Below the pieces are notes generated by a model. It did not search any database, was not told where the DNA came from, and was given only the letters and a program-made list of their open reading frames with translations. 64,000 bases of DNA from Geosiphon pyriformis uo1 (taxonomy: Eukaryota > Fungi > Glomeromycota): contig JAAOMT010000752.1 of NCBI GenBank assembly GCA_016748015.1, positions 318,976 to 382,975 on the forward strand, read 5' to 3'. This document shows positions 1 through 15,230 of this stretch, one piece after another. The translations under genes were made by a program, and so were the position numbers. Numbering within the stretch: position 1 is the first letter of the stretch; every line of letters begins with the position of its first letter.

Positions 1-1000
1 TAGTCCAAATAACTGATTACATATAGCAAATCTGTAAATTGCATTTAGTAAAAATAATTTTGTTTAATTCTGTGTACTAGATAGCAACTGGATTATATTT
101 ATTAAACATAATAAAAACTAATAATAAATAAGTATATATTTTTAATTTAATTTTATTATTTTATAAATATAACCAAAACAAAAAGTAAAAAAACCAGCTT
201 TTGTTTTCTAGCAATAATACTATCTAAAAAATCTTTTTTAACTATAAAACAACTAAATAATATTTTGTTAAAATATTATTTTTATATAATAAAAACAAAC
301 TAGTTTTTAGTTGTTAAAAAAACATATTTTTTGTTTTTGGTTAAAAGTTTTTTTCTTTCAAAGTTTTTTTAAAATAACACATTAAAAAAAATTTTGTATT
401 GTATTATTTTTGTTAAAAGTCTAAAAATTTGAACCAAAAATTAGTATCTAAATTATTATTCTGTTATTTTTTTTTATTTACTGTTCTTAAATAATAATAA
501 AAACTAAGACAGCAAAAAAGCAACTTTTTTTAGTGCTTTATTAATTATAACAATATATTATTGTGTATTTTAAGTCTTTTAAAACTCATAATACTACTTT
601 TTTTCGCTGGTTAGTTTTGGTAAAAAAAGATATTATTAAAAATTTTCTTTTATTAATTAAAAAAAATTATTGTTTTTATAATATATTTATAATATAAATT
701 GATTAATCTTTTTTTTAATTATACTGTTTTTAAAATTAATAATATAATTGTCGAAATATATAGTTAAACTTGTTTTACCTTTTGGTTTTTTAATTTTAAT
801 TATTAGTTAAGATATATTATAATTATTTTTGATTTTAAAAAAGTCTTTATAATTTTGTTATTAAAACTAATATTTTGTAAAATTATTATATCTGATAATA
901 TTAATACTGCAAAAATACTAGTTTTATTTTCTATGTTTTTATTGTTAAAAAACTTATTTCAATTTTTTTGCAACTAAGCTTCTTTTTTATAATTAGTAAA
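1..1000 (-). mobile_element. Possible eroded LINE ORF1 relic
   Basis: AT-rich with stops in all frames; weak resemblance of back-mutated minus-strand reading to the ORF1 relics at 9-10.7 kb and 12-13.5 kb. Boundaries approximate. Confidence 0.3.
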
Positions 1001-1049
1001 AAAATTAGAATTACTAAAACACTAATAAATAAAACAACGAATTTAATTA

Positions 1050-4000
1050 GTTAAAATAATTTAAGTATTTGCAATTTCAAAAAATGATTTTTATATTAAT
1101 AACAGTATTAAAAAACATGACAAAATAAAAAACCAAAAGAATAAAAAACAACAGAAAACCACAGTCTTAATATAAGATATTAAGCTTTTAAACCAATATC
1201 TCAAAACTTATAAACAACAAATAGCTTAAAAAAGATTTTTGGCAAACCAAAAAAAATAATTTTATAATTAAAAAGCAGCTAATTTAAATTATATTTAGTT
1301 AACTAATAATTTTATAAAATTTTTAAATTTTAAATTGTAATTAAATAAGTTTATTAAAGATTTAATTATTTAAATTGTGGTATTAAAAAGATAAAACACA
1401 GAGTTTGTTTTTTTGTCAATTAATTATTAATTTTTTTATATTTTTAAAGTTAGATTAACTTATGAATTAGTTATATTATTATGGTTGAATCTTTTAATTT
1501 TAATTATATTAATTAATTATTTATATTTATTTATATGTATTAACTATTAATATTAATTATATTAGCCAATTTGTTTTTAGAATTAGTTTTTAATATGATT
1601 ATTAACTTAATTAAAGACTTAATTAATAACTTAGTTATTATATAAATTATTAATTTAATCAAAATTTAAATTATTAATGTAATTACTGATTTAATTATTG
1701 ATTTTTTTAAATTATTTATACTTAAATCAATTTATTTAGACCAAATTAATATAATAATATCAATTTCTTGATTTTTTTTATTTTTTTTTATTTGTATATT
1801 TTAGTTTTTATAAAAATATATTGAATAAATATTTAACAATAATTTAAATAAACTTTTAAAAAAACTTTTAAAAATATTAAAATTTTTAATAAAAAAATTA
1901 TTTAAATAATAGTAAAATTATTAATAATAAACAATTTAAATTTTTATAATTTAATTTAATTAATTATATTATAAATTTTTAAATAACTTATTAAGTTATT
2001 TAAGTTATTTATTTATTAAATTATTTATTATTATTAATAAAAACTAAAATCAAATTTATTAATAATTTAGATAATTTTTAAGATTTTTTAACCAAAATTT
2101 ATAATTGCACAATATGTAAATAGATAAGTATTATTTAACCAAATTTAATATTTTGTAACAGAATTTTTGTTTTTTATAAAAAATTTAACCAAAATTTTCA
2201 ATTTTAAAAACACCAAAAAATAAAAATCTACTTGGAAAATTATTTGTATTAATATTTAAAAACCAAAAAAGAGTTTATTAAAACAATTAAAAAACTAATT
2301 AGCTTAGTAACAAATTTTATTAATATAGTTTAATTAAGAATTTGAAATTTCAAAAAATTTAATCTAAAATTAATCATAAAATTAACAGCAGTAATAAACA
2401 AATTAACCAAAAATACAATAACAAAAAAATTAAAAAATTTAACATAAAACTTGATATCAATAAAATAAAATTCAAAAATTTTAAAATTACTCATAAATTT
2501 AAATAAAACTTAGAGAAGAAAAGTAAAAAAACTTTATAATTTATAGTAAAATAGCTTAAATTTTAATATTTAAGATATTAATATTTAGAAGTTTTTTATT
2601 AAATATATTATAGATCTAAAAAACCAATTTATTAAATTCAAAAACAATATAACCAGGAAAAAATTGAGTAATTTTGGTTTTAAAAATATTCTAAAAATTA
2701 ATAATATTTTTTTAATTAATAAAAAAAATTAATCTTATTTTTTATTACTAAAACAAATTAATAATTAAAAAAGATTATATTAAAAAACTTAAATTATATA
2801 ATAATATTTTGTCAAATATTAGCAAATTTTAAGAAAATTTTTTAAAAACACTGAAAATATTTTAAATCTATTATATAAAATCATAGCAAAAAAAAACAGA
2901 CTTAGAAACTACTAAAAACTTAATAATTTTAAGGATAATAAAACAAATTGATTTAATAAACTTAACCAAAAAACAGTATTTAATAAAATTTTAAAAATAA
3001 ATTTTATATATAACAATCTTATATTGTTTTTAAATATGAATTTTATATTAAAAAAATTATGTATAAATTAAAAAAAAATTTATTATAAGCAAATTTAATT
3101 TTAAAAATAATACTAAATATTAAAAAAAATATTATTTATTTTGCAAACTTTTTTTTTATTAAATTTATTAAAAAATATGACTTAATTACTATTTAAAATA
3201 TAAAGACAAACTAAATAAATCTAATTAAATATAGCTTATATATTTACTATATATAACTGATTATTTAAACCAATTAAAATTATACTACACATTTATATAA
3301 ACCTTAATACTATTGTCTAAACTTAAAAAAAAAACAAGTTCTATGTAAACTAAAGTTAATCATAAATAATTTAATAATACCAAACAAATAGATTATTTTA
3401 ACCAATAAATAATTAAACACATCATAAGAAATAATAATATTATTTCTGTATTATCAACTAGACTATTTTTTTCTATATATATTTTAAACTTAGATTTAAA
3501 CAGCCATAATATATTACAATATTTTTTAGCCAAACAGCAAACAAAGTTAATTATCACAAATATGGCCTTCTTTTTATTATCAAAAATTGATTCTGTTTTA
3601 TTTATTTAGTCTCTAAAAACAAAATTTTTGCACAAAACTACATAAATACCAATATTTAAAATCTTTAAATAAAAAATATATAATACTAAGAATAATAATA
3701 AAAAACAAATTTTTATTAGAGATATTTATAATTTAACATGATTAAATAGTATTTTGAAGCATATAACAATATTTTTTGAACAAATAAAAACATAATTAAA
3801 CAACTTAAAATTACTATATATTAAGCACAAAATACTTAAATAATTTTTGTTATAAAGTTTTTTTTGATAGCAACCAGCAATTTTTTATGAATTATTTTTA
3901 TTAAATAGGTGTAAAAAACAATTAATGTTCTGCTAATAAATTTAAAAAGCATATAAAAATTTGGAGATTAAACTAAGACTATATAAGTCTAATTTATATT

Positions 4001-5870
4001 CTAAATAAGCAAGTTGTTAATAATCTCTATATTTGAATCTGTTTTTTATTAAATATAACAATTATTTTAATAAATATTATAAACAAAATAATAAGTATTA
4101 CTAAACACAACCAAACTATTAGTTATAATAAATTTTTTATACATATTAATTAGAATAATCAAACAAAACAAAATTATATTACATATAAAAAAATCTGTTT
4201 AAATATTATTAACAACTTTAAAATAATCTTCAACTTTAATTTATACTACAAAAATGTCTTATAATCTGATCAAATTAATCATATAATATTTTTTTATTCA
4301 ACACTTATTCTAAAAGTCAAGCAGTTAAAACCTAAGCACTAAAATACACATATTTATAACAGCTTAATTATCTATATACAAAACTTCAAAACAAACAAAA
4401 AAATATATTCTAATATCAATATAACTATTTGTAATTCAAATATTATAAAAAACAACAAATTATTAATCTTAATATTCATACTCTCTTAATATTAAGAAAA
4501 TATACAATTGTCTTATTTGCTATTTTTATAGTATTTAAACTTTTTAATAAATTATTAATATATATATTAATCTTTTTTACTTATAGTTTATATAAAATAA
4601 TTATGAATATTCAAAAAATTTTCTAAACTAAAAAAAATTTGAGCAATTAAAAGTTGGAATAATTTCAAAAAATTAGTAAAAAATATATTCATATAAGCCA
4701 AAACTTATTAAATTATAATAATACTGGATCTTTAAGACTTAATTTTTTTTAATGATAAAAAATTTTTTAATTTAAAATTATATTATATTTGTCTAACAAT
4801 CTGTCTTCAAAGATAATACCCAAATACTTTAAAAAACAAAAAATATTAAAATAATAACAATTTTCTAAAATTTTAAATATTAAAAAGCAGTTTGAAAAAT
4901 AATAAACACTAGATAAGTTGTTAGCCAAAAAAATATAATTATTCAAAAATATTTTTACAACATCTATTAAATAGTTATTAATAAAATTAACTCTTAATTT
5001 TATTGAAACTACAATAAATTTATGAGTATTTAGTTTACAATTTGTAAATTTAAAAAACAGTACTTGAACAAATAACCAAAAATACTTATTATATTAAAGA
5101 ATTTAATAATTAAAGCCTATTTTGTTTTTTGTTTGTATTTGCTTAAAAGATTTTAATTCATATAAAAACAAATAATACAAAGTCTTTTTAAAAAAGTTTT
5201 TAAGCAAATTGGTTTTAAATTTGAATCTCTTTTTTATTAAAACATTTTATTTTTAACACATACTTTTAAACACAAAATTAAACTATATTTGCTAGTTAAT
5301 TATAGGTTGCAAAACAACTAAAACCAAATATGAAAATTGTTTATTAGACAATATTTTTCTTAAAACCATATTTAAGAAGAATCTAATATTTGAATATGTT
5401 TTGGCAAAACTTAATTTAGACATACTTTTTATTAATAAAAAAATTTCAAAGTATTTGTAAAATTCACTATACTTAACAATAAAAATAGACTAATTATTAA
5501 TATATATAAAAAAGTCTATTATCTTTTGGTTAATAAAAATCGCAACTGTTTTATTATTGTTAATAGAAATGTTATTGATCTTAAAAAACTTACTAATTAT
5601 GTTCAAAATGTATTGTATTAATGCTTAACTATTTCTAATCCAAATTGTATTATTAACAAAAATGCTAGTCATAAAAAAGAAAGTTATTTTTTATTAATTT
5701 TCACTCTACTAGTTTTTGTTACAAAATTGGAGTTAATTTAATTTTATATAACAAAGAATTATAAAAAATTTTTCAAAAAAGTGATAAAAAAACTTTGCTT
5801 TAATTTAGCTCATCATGCATTTTGTATTTATTTGAAAATTCAAAATCTGTCATTATTTTATTAATTCTAT
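1050..5870 (+). other. Eroded relic of a long, unidentified (probably TE-borne) coding region
   Basis: Same transition-eroded texture as the flanking TEs; residual codon-like segments such as K-M-S-Y-N-L-I-K near 4250. It abuts and truncates the LINE RT at ~5875. Family not recognised. Confidence 0.3.
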
Positions 5871-5874
5871 TTAT

Positions 5875-8800
5875 ATATATATTTTCAAAAATATTTATAA
5901 ATTAATTATATATTTTAATGTACTTTAAACTAGTTTTTAAGTAAACCTATTTAACTAAATTATAAGTTTTACATATGTTCTATAGCATAAGTTAAAGCTC
6001 TTGGCTTTTTTTCAAAATATTTTCTATTATTAAACTGACAACAAACACAAAAAATTAAATTAAAGTATCTTTTAGAACTGAAAAGTTATTTTTATAAAGA
6101 ATATTAAATTTATTATACACAAAAGAAATTTTATTTGACAGAATTTTAAACAATATTTTTCTGGTTGTATTAATTAATACAATAGATTAAGTGTTTATTA
6201 AAATACTATTCTACTTATATGGCTTAAGAATTATTAAAATCTATGTTTTTTTTCACAAAACTAGAATATTACCAAAAATTAAACAAAAATTTAACAAATC
6301 CAAAAGACATTATGTAGTTATTTTATTATAGTATTTTTAGAACTAATTAAATATATTAAAAAAATTGGCAGTTTTGTTATTAAGCAGAGTTCTAATAACT
6401 GTAACCAAATCTTTTATACCAATTTTATTTATTAAACCAAAAAAAATATCCTTTTTTATATGATTTAAAAATATATACTAGTAAGACCACAAACTAAATA
6501 ACATTAAAGATATCTTTTATTTCCTTATCTACTTTTTCTTAATTTTATTAATCTTAGATTTTACTTCTTTTGGGTCTAGAATTATTTCTTTATTTATAAT
6601 TAAATAATTTAATACTACTCTGTAAAATGATCCCTTTAAAACATTTTTTATTATGTGTTTTTTGTTAAAGCAGAAATTATTTATATGCTTAATAATTGTT
6701 TTTCGAATAGATATATTTTCAGTTACTTTAAACTTAAAATACTTAAATTTTCTGTATTTTTTTTATTAATAAAAAATATTTAATAATATTTATTATAAAT
6801 ACATTATTTTATATTAACCAACTTTGAAGATCTTTTTATTATCTATAACTGACCAAGTTTAAAAAAAATAATTAGATTTAGGCTTATTATTCAAACCCAA
6901 TTATTTTACCAATTTGAAAATTAGTAATTTCAAACCAAAAAATTTCCAAAACTACTTGTTTTTTAAACACTTAAATATATTAAATTAATTTTAAAAAACA
7001 TTATATTAGCAAAATCTATTATTATCTTTCTCAATAATTTTTACATTGTATTTAAATTTCAATTATCTTTAACAAATTCAAATTTATGTATTGTAATTGA
7101 AAACTAAACAAAACAACACTTTTTAAAATATATTTACTTAGTATTATCTGTATTTTTAATCATAAATTTCTATTAGTTTTTATTTGTTTGTTTGTAAATA
7201 TTATTCAAATAAACATTTAAAAGACCACTTAATTTAACTAAAATCACAACTATTCTGTAATCAATATCAAAAAAATTAGACATAGATGCAATTAACAAAC
7301 TCTTACTTACAAAAACAAAATCAATAATCTTTTTAACTTTTTTAAAATTGCTCTAAGTAAAATTTTTAACCAAAAAATATCTATTAAATAAATTAACCAA
7401 ACTCAAATCTAAACAAAATTTGAAACTTGTATTTTTTTTAGACTTATTTTTATTGAAATTTTATTTAAAACCATAATAAAGTTAAAATTTACTATATTAA
7501 CAATAAAAAAATTAACTTTTTTTACTTGACCAAATTTGTTTTCAGTAGAAATACCAATATATCAATCCAAAATTATAACCAAAAGTTTATTCTTAAATGA
7601 AAGACAAATTAAAATAACTTAATTTAGAATTTTTTTTATTTTTAAAATATGATAAGCCAAAAAAGTGTTCAAGATAACAGTTATATTAGCATTAAAATAT
7701 TTCTGATTTACATCTAATATAAAGATATAAATCTTATTAAACCTGTTCATAATTTATGACTTAATGTTAAATCTTAATTTTGTTTTTATAACAATCAAAA
7801 TCATATTGCCAAAATTCAAATACCAATAAACAATATTTTTTGTTTAGTTAAATTGTTTATACTTTTGATGTTGTATGTAGTAATTTTTCAAACCAATTTA
7901 TTTATTAAAAAGATAATAATATTATGGAATTTAAATAGCATATAACTAATTTAACTTTATTAAAATAGAGTTTATAAAAACTTTCAATACAACTATCTTG
8001 GATTTTATACTTTTTATCTTAGAAATAAAAACTTTTGTACTATTTATATTCAAAAAAAAAGATTCTAAAATATTTATTACAGAAAAAATAAATTTTATTA
8101 AAGTTATTTATAATTATTGTTACTAAAAGTTTTTGGTTTTTTTTCTTAATTATTGTTAATATTGTTTTACTATTAATTTTTGATTTATTAAAAGTGATTG
8201 AATTTTTAATAACTGAATTTGAACTGCTGGGCTTATAAATGAAATGGCCAATTTTGTATTAATTACTTATATAGTTTTATTACAATAAAAGTCAACTTTT
8301 TTTTAAAAAATATTTGTCTAAAAATTCACTAAAAATATGTAGTTACTTTGCTATAAAAGTTAACTTTTCTATAAAAATCTTGTCTGTAACTATTTTAATA
8401 ATTATAATAAGAAAAAAAAATTAAAAAAATGTAAAAAAAAATTTTGTTGAAAAAATTATTTTCTATTCAGGCTTAAAATCACTAATAATTTATTGAAATT
8501 GGTAGCCAATTAATTTCAAAACATTATTTGAAATTTTAAGAAATTTTAAATATAAATAGTTATAAAAATTTTTGTTTTTTAAGTGATTAATATTTATTTA
8601 ATTGTAAAGATACCAAAGAATGATTTATTTTAACTAATATTAATAGTTTTAAAGTAATTATATTTTCTTAAAAAGAAAAGCTTTTTTTTATACAACTTGT
8701 TATAATATTAGTTTATGAACTTGAATTTTTTTCTTGCTATAATTTTGGCAAACTAAAAATATATTTTAATAAATTATAAGTTGTTTCTACAAATTATAAG

Positions 8801-10750
8801 CTATTTTGATAAATTATTAATATATTTTGCGAATTTTTACAAATTTTGGTGAATTTTTAAATGTTATAAAGTTTGAAATATTATATAATCTAATTATTAT
8901 ATTTTTATATTATATAAATTAGATTATTAGTTGAATAGTAATATTTGATAATTTAATTAAATAATAAGTAATAATTAAAATAATAATAATAATTTTATTT
9001 TGATAATTAACTAAATTTTACTGGTAATATTATGTTTATATTCAGATTGGCAGTAAAAACTAATATTTTTGTCAAAAAAAAAGAGTTGCAGATACATAAA
9101 AACTTAATTTTAAACTATTTAATCTGCAAAGAATACCAGATATTTGATTTGCCAAAAGTTCCAAAAACTTTTTTAAAGATACCAAATAGATATTAAGAAA
9201 AATAACTAAACTTAACAGTAGATTTTTAAAAAATACTAAAAGATAGAAAATCAGCATAAATCCTATAATAAAAATTAATAGAAATATTTATTGAAAAAAC
9301 TATTTGTGCTCAAAATTTGTTATCAAAAACTGCCAATTACAAAATAAAAATCTTTTTTTTAACATAAAAATAAGCCAATCAAATATGATTTTTGTCTAAA
9401 ACAATTTTTTTATAAATGTTTTTCAAAGCAGAAACAGCAGTACTATTGGTATTATATTCAAGAGTAAAATATCCAAAATATTCAAAATGCCTACATTTTT
9501 ACAATAAACCAAGTCTAATATAATCTAAAAAAGTCTTATACAACCAAAAATTGACTTTGTATAAAAAGTTAACTTTAAATTATTATCTAAATTAAAACTA
9601 ATTACAGTACAAAAAACTTTATTACTAGTTTTAAATAAACAATTAATTACATATGTTTTTTTACCAATTTTTTTTAATAAAAAACCAAGATTATAAGCAT
9701 TAATTTTCACAGATAAATAAACAAAAACACTCTAAACTGATTCTAAGATATTTAAATATTATAATTATTTATAGTTTTAATTATATATATTAAGTTTTTA
9801 CTAATTAAAAAAAACTATTTAGTTGTCAAATTGTTTGCCTAACCTAATATGACAAATTTTACTATAGTTTTTTGTTATAATTTAATTAATTATAATTGAA
9901 TTGATTTATCTGTTCATATTCAAATACTACAACAATAATCATATTCTTAAAGATATCTATAAGAATTTTTTTAATAATTACTATTTAATTTAAATAAAAA
10001 TCTTGTTTTTTGAAATTGTTGTTTACTATAATACTATTTTTACCAACCAATAGCACAGCTTTTTTTATGCTTTTTTCAAAAGTAAACATAAATTTAATAA
10101 TTTTTTAAATTTTAAAAGAGTAATGGCTCTCCTAAAATTATTCACTTTTAAAAAAAAATTTTAATAATTTGTATTTTTACCATTGTTAATTTATCTTTAA
10201 TTGTCAATAAGTTAATATCTAAAGCAATAGATTTTTTAATGGCTATCTTAACTTGAGTTTTTACTATTTTGGAGTTAATCTATCTTTTGTTTAAAGAGAT
10301 ATTAAAAAGAGAAAAAAAAGATTTTTTATTTTTATTTATGTTATAATTAATTGTATCAATAAAAAAACCACATTTTAAACCAGTATTAATTTTTTTAGCT
10401 TTAAGAATTATTATTGCTAAACCAAAAAAAACTATTATTAGCATCTATTAAAGCATTATTATTTTCATTATTATTGAATTTACTATCTATATTCGAATAT
10501 ATACTATTTTTAGAACCAGATTTAACCAAAAAAATAATTTTTTATTATTAGAATACTTAATATAATTTACAAAAGCTTTTTTTTTCTGAGAAAAAGAACC
10601 TTTAATTAGGTCATAAAAAGCTTTTTTGAATGCCTTTTTCTTAAACATATTGCTATTTAAAACAGTTTTTATATTTATCACAAAAAATTATTTGCTTAAA
10701 AAATATTAAAAACAATATTAAGAAGAAAACAAAAACAAAAAACTTTTTTT
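5875..10750 (-). mobile_element. Degenerate non-LTR retrotransposon (LINE): ORF1, APE endonuclease and N-terminal half of RT; interrupted by a solo LTR
   Basis: ORF-track fragments 10487-10681, 9525-9710 and 9072-9257 read as ORF1 pieces. EN relics at ~7800 (FGNMILIVIKTKLR) and ~7340 (T*SNFKKVKKIIDFVFVS = TW.NSRG..KIID). Linker at ~6600 (FYRVVLNYLII..ILDPKEVK). RT relics 6250-5900 (ILKPYK*NSILINT..IVLINTTRKIL; L*LML*NICKTYNLV = LWLVLQDMRKAYDSV). Confidence 0.85.
8118..9029 (-). mobile_element. Solo LTR, family B, copy 1
   Basis: Ends TGTTACTAA...CTGGTAATA; homologous along its length to 47524-48494 and 60191-61136; perfect 4-bp TSD TTAT (8114-8117 / 9030-9033). Confidence 0.9.
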
Positions 10751-11999
10751 GCAAAAAAATGTTTTTTGAAAATTTTGAACATAAGAGAAAAAAAAGTTAT
10801 TATAATATAAAAATTTTTTTGGTTTAAAACAAATTTTGCTAACTTTTAATATTTATTAATTGTTTTTTAAACATTATTAAAAACAGTATTAAAAAACAAA
10901 AAAATGATAATTATTTATTTTTTATTTATTAATTTAATTTTTATAATTAAATAACTTAATAAATTAATTAATTTAAAATATCTATAAAAATATATCTTAT
11001 TTTACTTTTAAAATTGACAAAAATTAATTAAAAATTACATATTAAAAAACATATTTAAGAGTTAATTTAGATTAAAATTAATCAATATATTTTTATTATT
11101 GTTATTATTTAAAACTTTTATTTATATTTACAAAAAAAATAAATATTATAATTATTACAGATAATATAAAATTAATAAAAAAACCAGAAAAAATCAAAGC
11201 TTTATTTTTCACAAAAGAAGAAGCTGGTTATAAAATATTAAAAATATTAGAAATAGTAAAAAAAAAACTTTTTAACATTTTAAAAAATTGTTATTAAAAA
11301 TCTTAAAAATTTGTTTTTTGGCTGGTTTAACTTTATTGGCAATTTAAGCAGTAATAAAAAAAAAACAAAAAAAACAACTTGGTTATTGGCTTTTTATTAA
11401 ATATTTTAAAGCTTTTAAAGAAGCCAAAACTCACACCAAAATTATTTTAAAAAACCTTTTTTGACAAAATCTTGAAAAAAAAAAGATTTTTAATCAAAAA
11501 CAAAAAAAGTGCTTTTGAATTAACAAAAAACCAATTAATTACTACTTTATTTAAAAGAAGTATTTTTATAAAGCACTATTAAACAGTTTTTATAATTACA
11601 AATATTTTATTGGTAAAAATACTACCTATTTAAAATTACAATTTTTTATTTTTTGATTGTAATCATAAAAAGAATTTTTTTTTGTTTTTTTAATAATATA
11701 TATATTAATTAAAATTAATATTTGATTACTAATCTTATATTATAAATTTTAAAGTTTTTTTTGTATAAATAATAATAGTATTATAGTTGTTATTAGTTTG
11801 TAATTTAAACAAAATTTTAAAAGATAAGATTTTTTAATCAAAAATAAGTAAAATGGTTTTAAAATACATAAGAATATTTTTATTTTAAAAATATTTAAAA
11901 GCAATATGGTTTTAATATTTAATCTGTTTGTTTTTATTAATAGAAAAAATAATTATAAATATAATTATTGATTTGATTAAAAAAAACCTTTTTTTCTAC

Positions 12000-14900
12000 A
12001 TTTTAAATTCTTTAAAAATATATTTTTTGTAAAGTTTTTGTTTTTTTATTATATTTTTTATTATTTTATAAAAAATATAAATTTTTTTGTTCTGAAATTA
12101 ATATTTATTATTAGTAATAATATAATAAATAATATCAATAAAAAAAATTATTTATGTTTTATTAATAATGTTTTTATGTAAAAGCCAAAAAAATATTAAA
12201 AATTTTAATAATAAGACAGTTTTATCTTAAGTAAATTTTTTTTAAGTAATGGTTTAATTAATGCTAACAGATTTAAAAACATAAAAACTAATTTTAAAAA
12301 AATATAAGAAGATTTATGATAATTAACAACAAATAATAAAAGTAAATCTCTTTTAAACTCTTAGATAAATACTTTAAAAACAAAAAAGTAAATATTAATA
12401 AGTTGTTAACTTTTTTTTACAAATTAATTATAATTTATAATAAAAAAATATTTTTATTGTTATTTTTTATATTGTTTTGAAATTTAATTGGTTTGCTTTT
12501 GTAGTTATTAAAAAAAAATATTATTAAAAAGTTTTATGTTTTGAATATTAATTTATTAACTATTAAAAAAATTTCTACAAAAAAAGTATATTTGATAAAA
12601 AATTATTTTTATTAATAAATTATTTTAAAAAAATCTTATTCTCTAAAAATTATTAAATTAATATTTATTTTAAAAACTAATTTATATAAAATTATAATAT
12701 TAGTTACTAATAAAAATGTTTTAGTAAATAGCAATTTTAAAAATTAATTATATATTTAAATTAAAAAATAATTGTCAAAATATTTTTCATAAATGCTTTT
12801 AAAAAATAATTAAATTAATTGAATTGTAATTAATTTAGCTGTAATATAAAATTATATTAAAATTTGTTGTTTTAAGTTATTAATTAATAAATAATTTGTA
12901 TTAATTAATAAAAACTCTGTTTATATAACTAAAATTATTAAAAATTAGAACACTTAAAAACTAAAAAATAATTTTAAAACTGTGTTATTTATTTTACCAA
13001 TAGACATTATTTTTTATAATTTTAACAATTTTTTGAATAAAATAAATAAAAAACTTGTATTAATTACATATTTGTTATTAATAATATAATAAAATATATA
13101 ATTACTTGTTTTAAAATTAAAACAAATTTAAAAAAAACTATTACATTATTTCTGAATTTAATAAAATTAATTTGTTATAAACTGAATTAAAATTTGAATT
13201 GGTTTTACTTTCAAAAAGCATTAATATAAAGTTTTAAAATTGTTACAAAAAACTTATTTTTAAACACTAACTTAATTAATATTAATCAAGTAATTATCTT
13301 AAATATTTTGTATATATATTTAACTAAACAAATATTTATAATAGTAACTTTAGAATTTAAATAATTAAAATTTAAAAACTTTTATTTTATTAAATTTGTT
13401 AATAATTATAGTATTTAATTTCAAAAAAAATATTACAAAAACCAAAAAATATAGTTAGTTTGGCTTTTAAATTATTTAACTTAAAAATAAAAAGCTATTT
13501 TTTAAAAATAAAATTCAAAATTATATTTAAACCAAAATTTAAACTAAAAATAAAACATTAATTTATTTTAAAAAAATAATAAAACAAAATATTAACTTAA
13601 AAAACAATTTAGAAATTTTATTTAAAAGCAACTCCAAATTTTATTTTAATATATTTAATCTTAGCTCCAAAATAAATAAAATATTCAAAAGAAATATTAT
13701 TTAAAATTATATTAAAAACAATAATATAATCAAAAATTTGATTAAATAAAACTGTTTAAGTTTAAAACTTTTATTATTTATGAGTAAATACATAATAAAA
13801 ACATTTTTTTTAACATAAATATTAACTAGCTAAACTTATTTAATAATAACAAAATATGTTTAACAAACTCTTTAAGCTAGTTTTTAAAAAAATTATACTT
13901 TAACTCTATATAATTAAAATATATCCAATTTTTATAGTAATTTAAATAGATAAAATTAATTTTTTTTTGGTTAAAATTATAAGTAAAAGTTTTTTATAGT
14001 TTTAAGTAATAATTTCAATAAAAATAACTTTAAAAAATAGATTTAATTAATACTTTGCTAAATAGTTTTGAGATTAAAACTTCAACTTAAAAAAATTTAA
14101 AAATAAAAAATATAATCAATTATATTTTGTTAATGTATTACTTATAAATACTATAATTATTTAATATTAATTACAAAATTGTTTTTGTTTTAATTAATTT
14201 AAATAGTTTATTAAATATATAATTTGCTATTTATAAAAACAGACAAATAAAAATGTGTTTTAAAAACATTTTTCTATTAAAAAAAATTAATTTGGCAAAA
14301 AATTTTAATGGTTTTAGAAAAGCAGTAATTTAAAGATAATATAAATTTCTATTTGAAAAGTAATATGTTTTTTTAACTAATAAGATATTTAATAATAATA
14401 GAACCAAAAAGTTTTTTAAGTTAAACTTTTAATGTTAAAAATTGTTAAAAAATTAAGTATGAGATTTAGTAATAAGTTTTTTAATTTTTAGTTATTTTTT
14501 AATAAAGTATAATAAAACAGATTTTAGTTTTGATAATATTAAATTATTAAGTAGTAAACAATAAATTGGTTTGAATTTTAGTAAGATAAATCTAAAATAA
14601 ATGAAATTATAGAAAATTGGACTAGAATTCAAAAAGTATTAAATATAATTCTTAATTTGTAATATTATCAATATGTTTTATTGAATTATGTTAATAATAA
14701 TATATTTTTTAATATAATAAGTAGAATAATTCATAATAAATTGTTAAGTATAATCAAAAATTTACCTAATGATAAGACTGTTAGTTTGTTTGGTATTATA
14801 AATAAACTTTAAAAACATTATAATAAATTTGTTTTGGGTTTTTTATTGAATTTTTTAAATATATATTTGGCTAATAATTTAATATCAAAAGCTTAAAAAG

Positions 14901-15230
14901 AAATTTGAATGTTAATAAATTTTAAGTTATATAATAAGAAAAAATATTGATAATACAAAACTCATTGCTTTAATTAAAATAGCTCAAAATATACTTTTTA
15001 AAATTCTCTCTAATCAGATTTTTCTTGTTTGTAATAAGTTTAATGTTTTTCATAATAATGATTCTTTGGTTTTGAAAAATATTTTAACTCAATTTTTTAT
15101 TTTTGCGGTGAGTTTAATAGTTTAGAGAAAGATCAAAAGTTGTAATTAGTTCTATAAAACATGTAAAAAACTTATAACTTAGTAAAATTAACTATTATAA
15201 AATTTAATTATTTATGTGCAAATTTGGTAT
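12000..15230 (+). mobile_element. Degenerate LINE (ORF1, APE endonuclease, RT N-terminal half)
   Basis: ORF1-like relics 12200-13400. EN relic at ~14000 (FIVLSNNFNKN = ..GGDFNE). RT relics 14760-15200 (LPNDKTVSLFGIINKL*KH = LPDGKAAGLSGI.NELWKH; LIALIKIAQNILFKILSNQI). Boundaries approximate. Confidence 0.75.
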
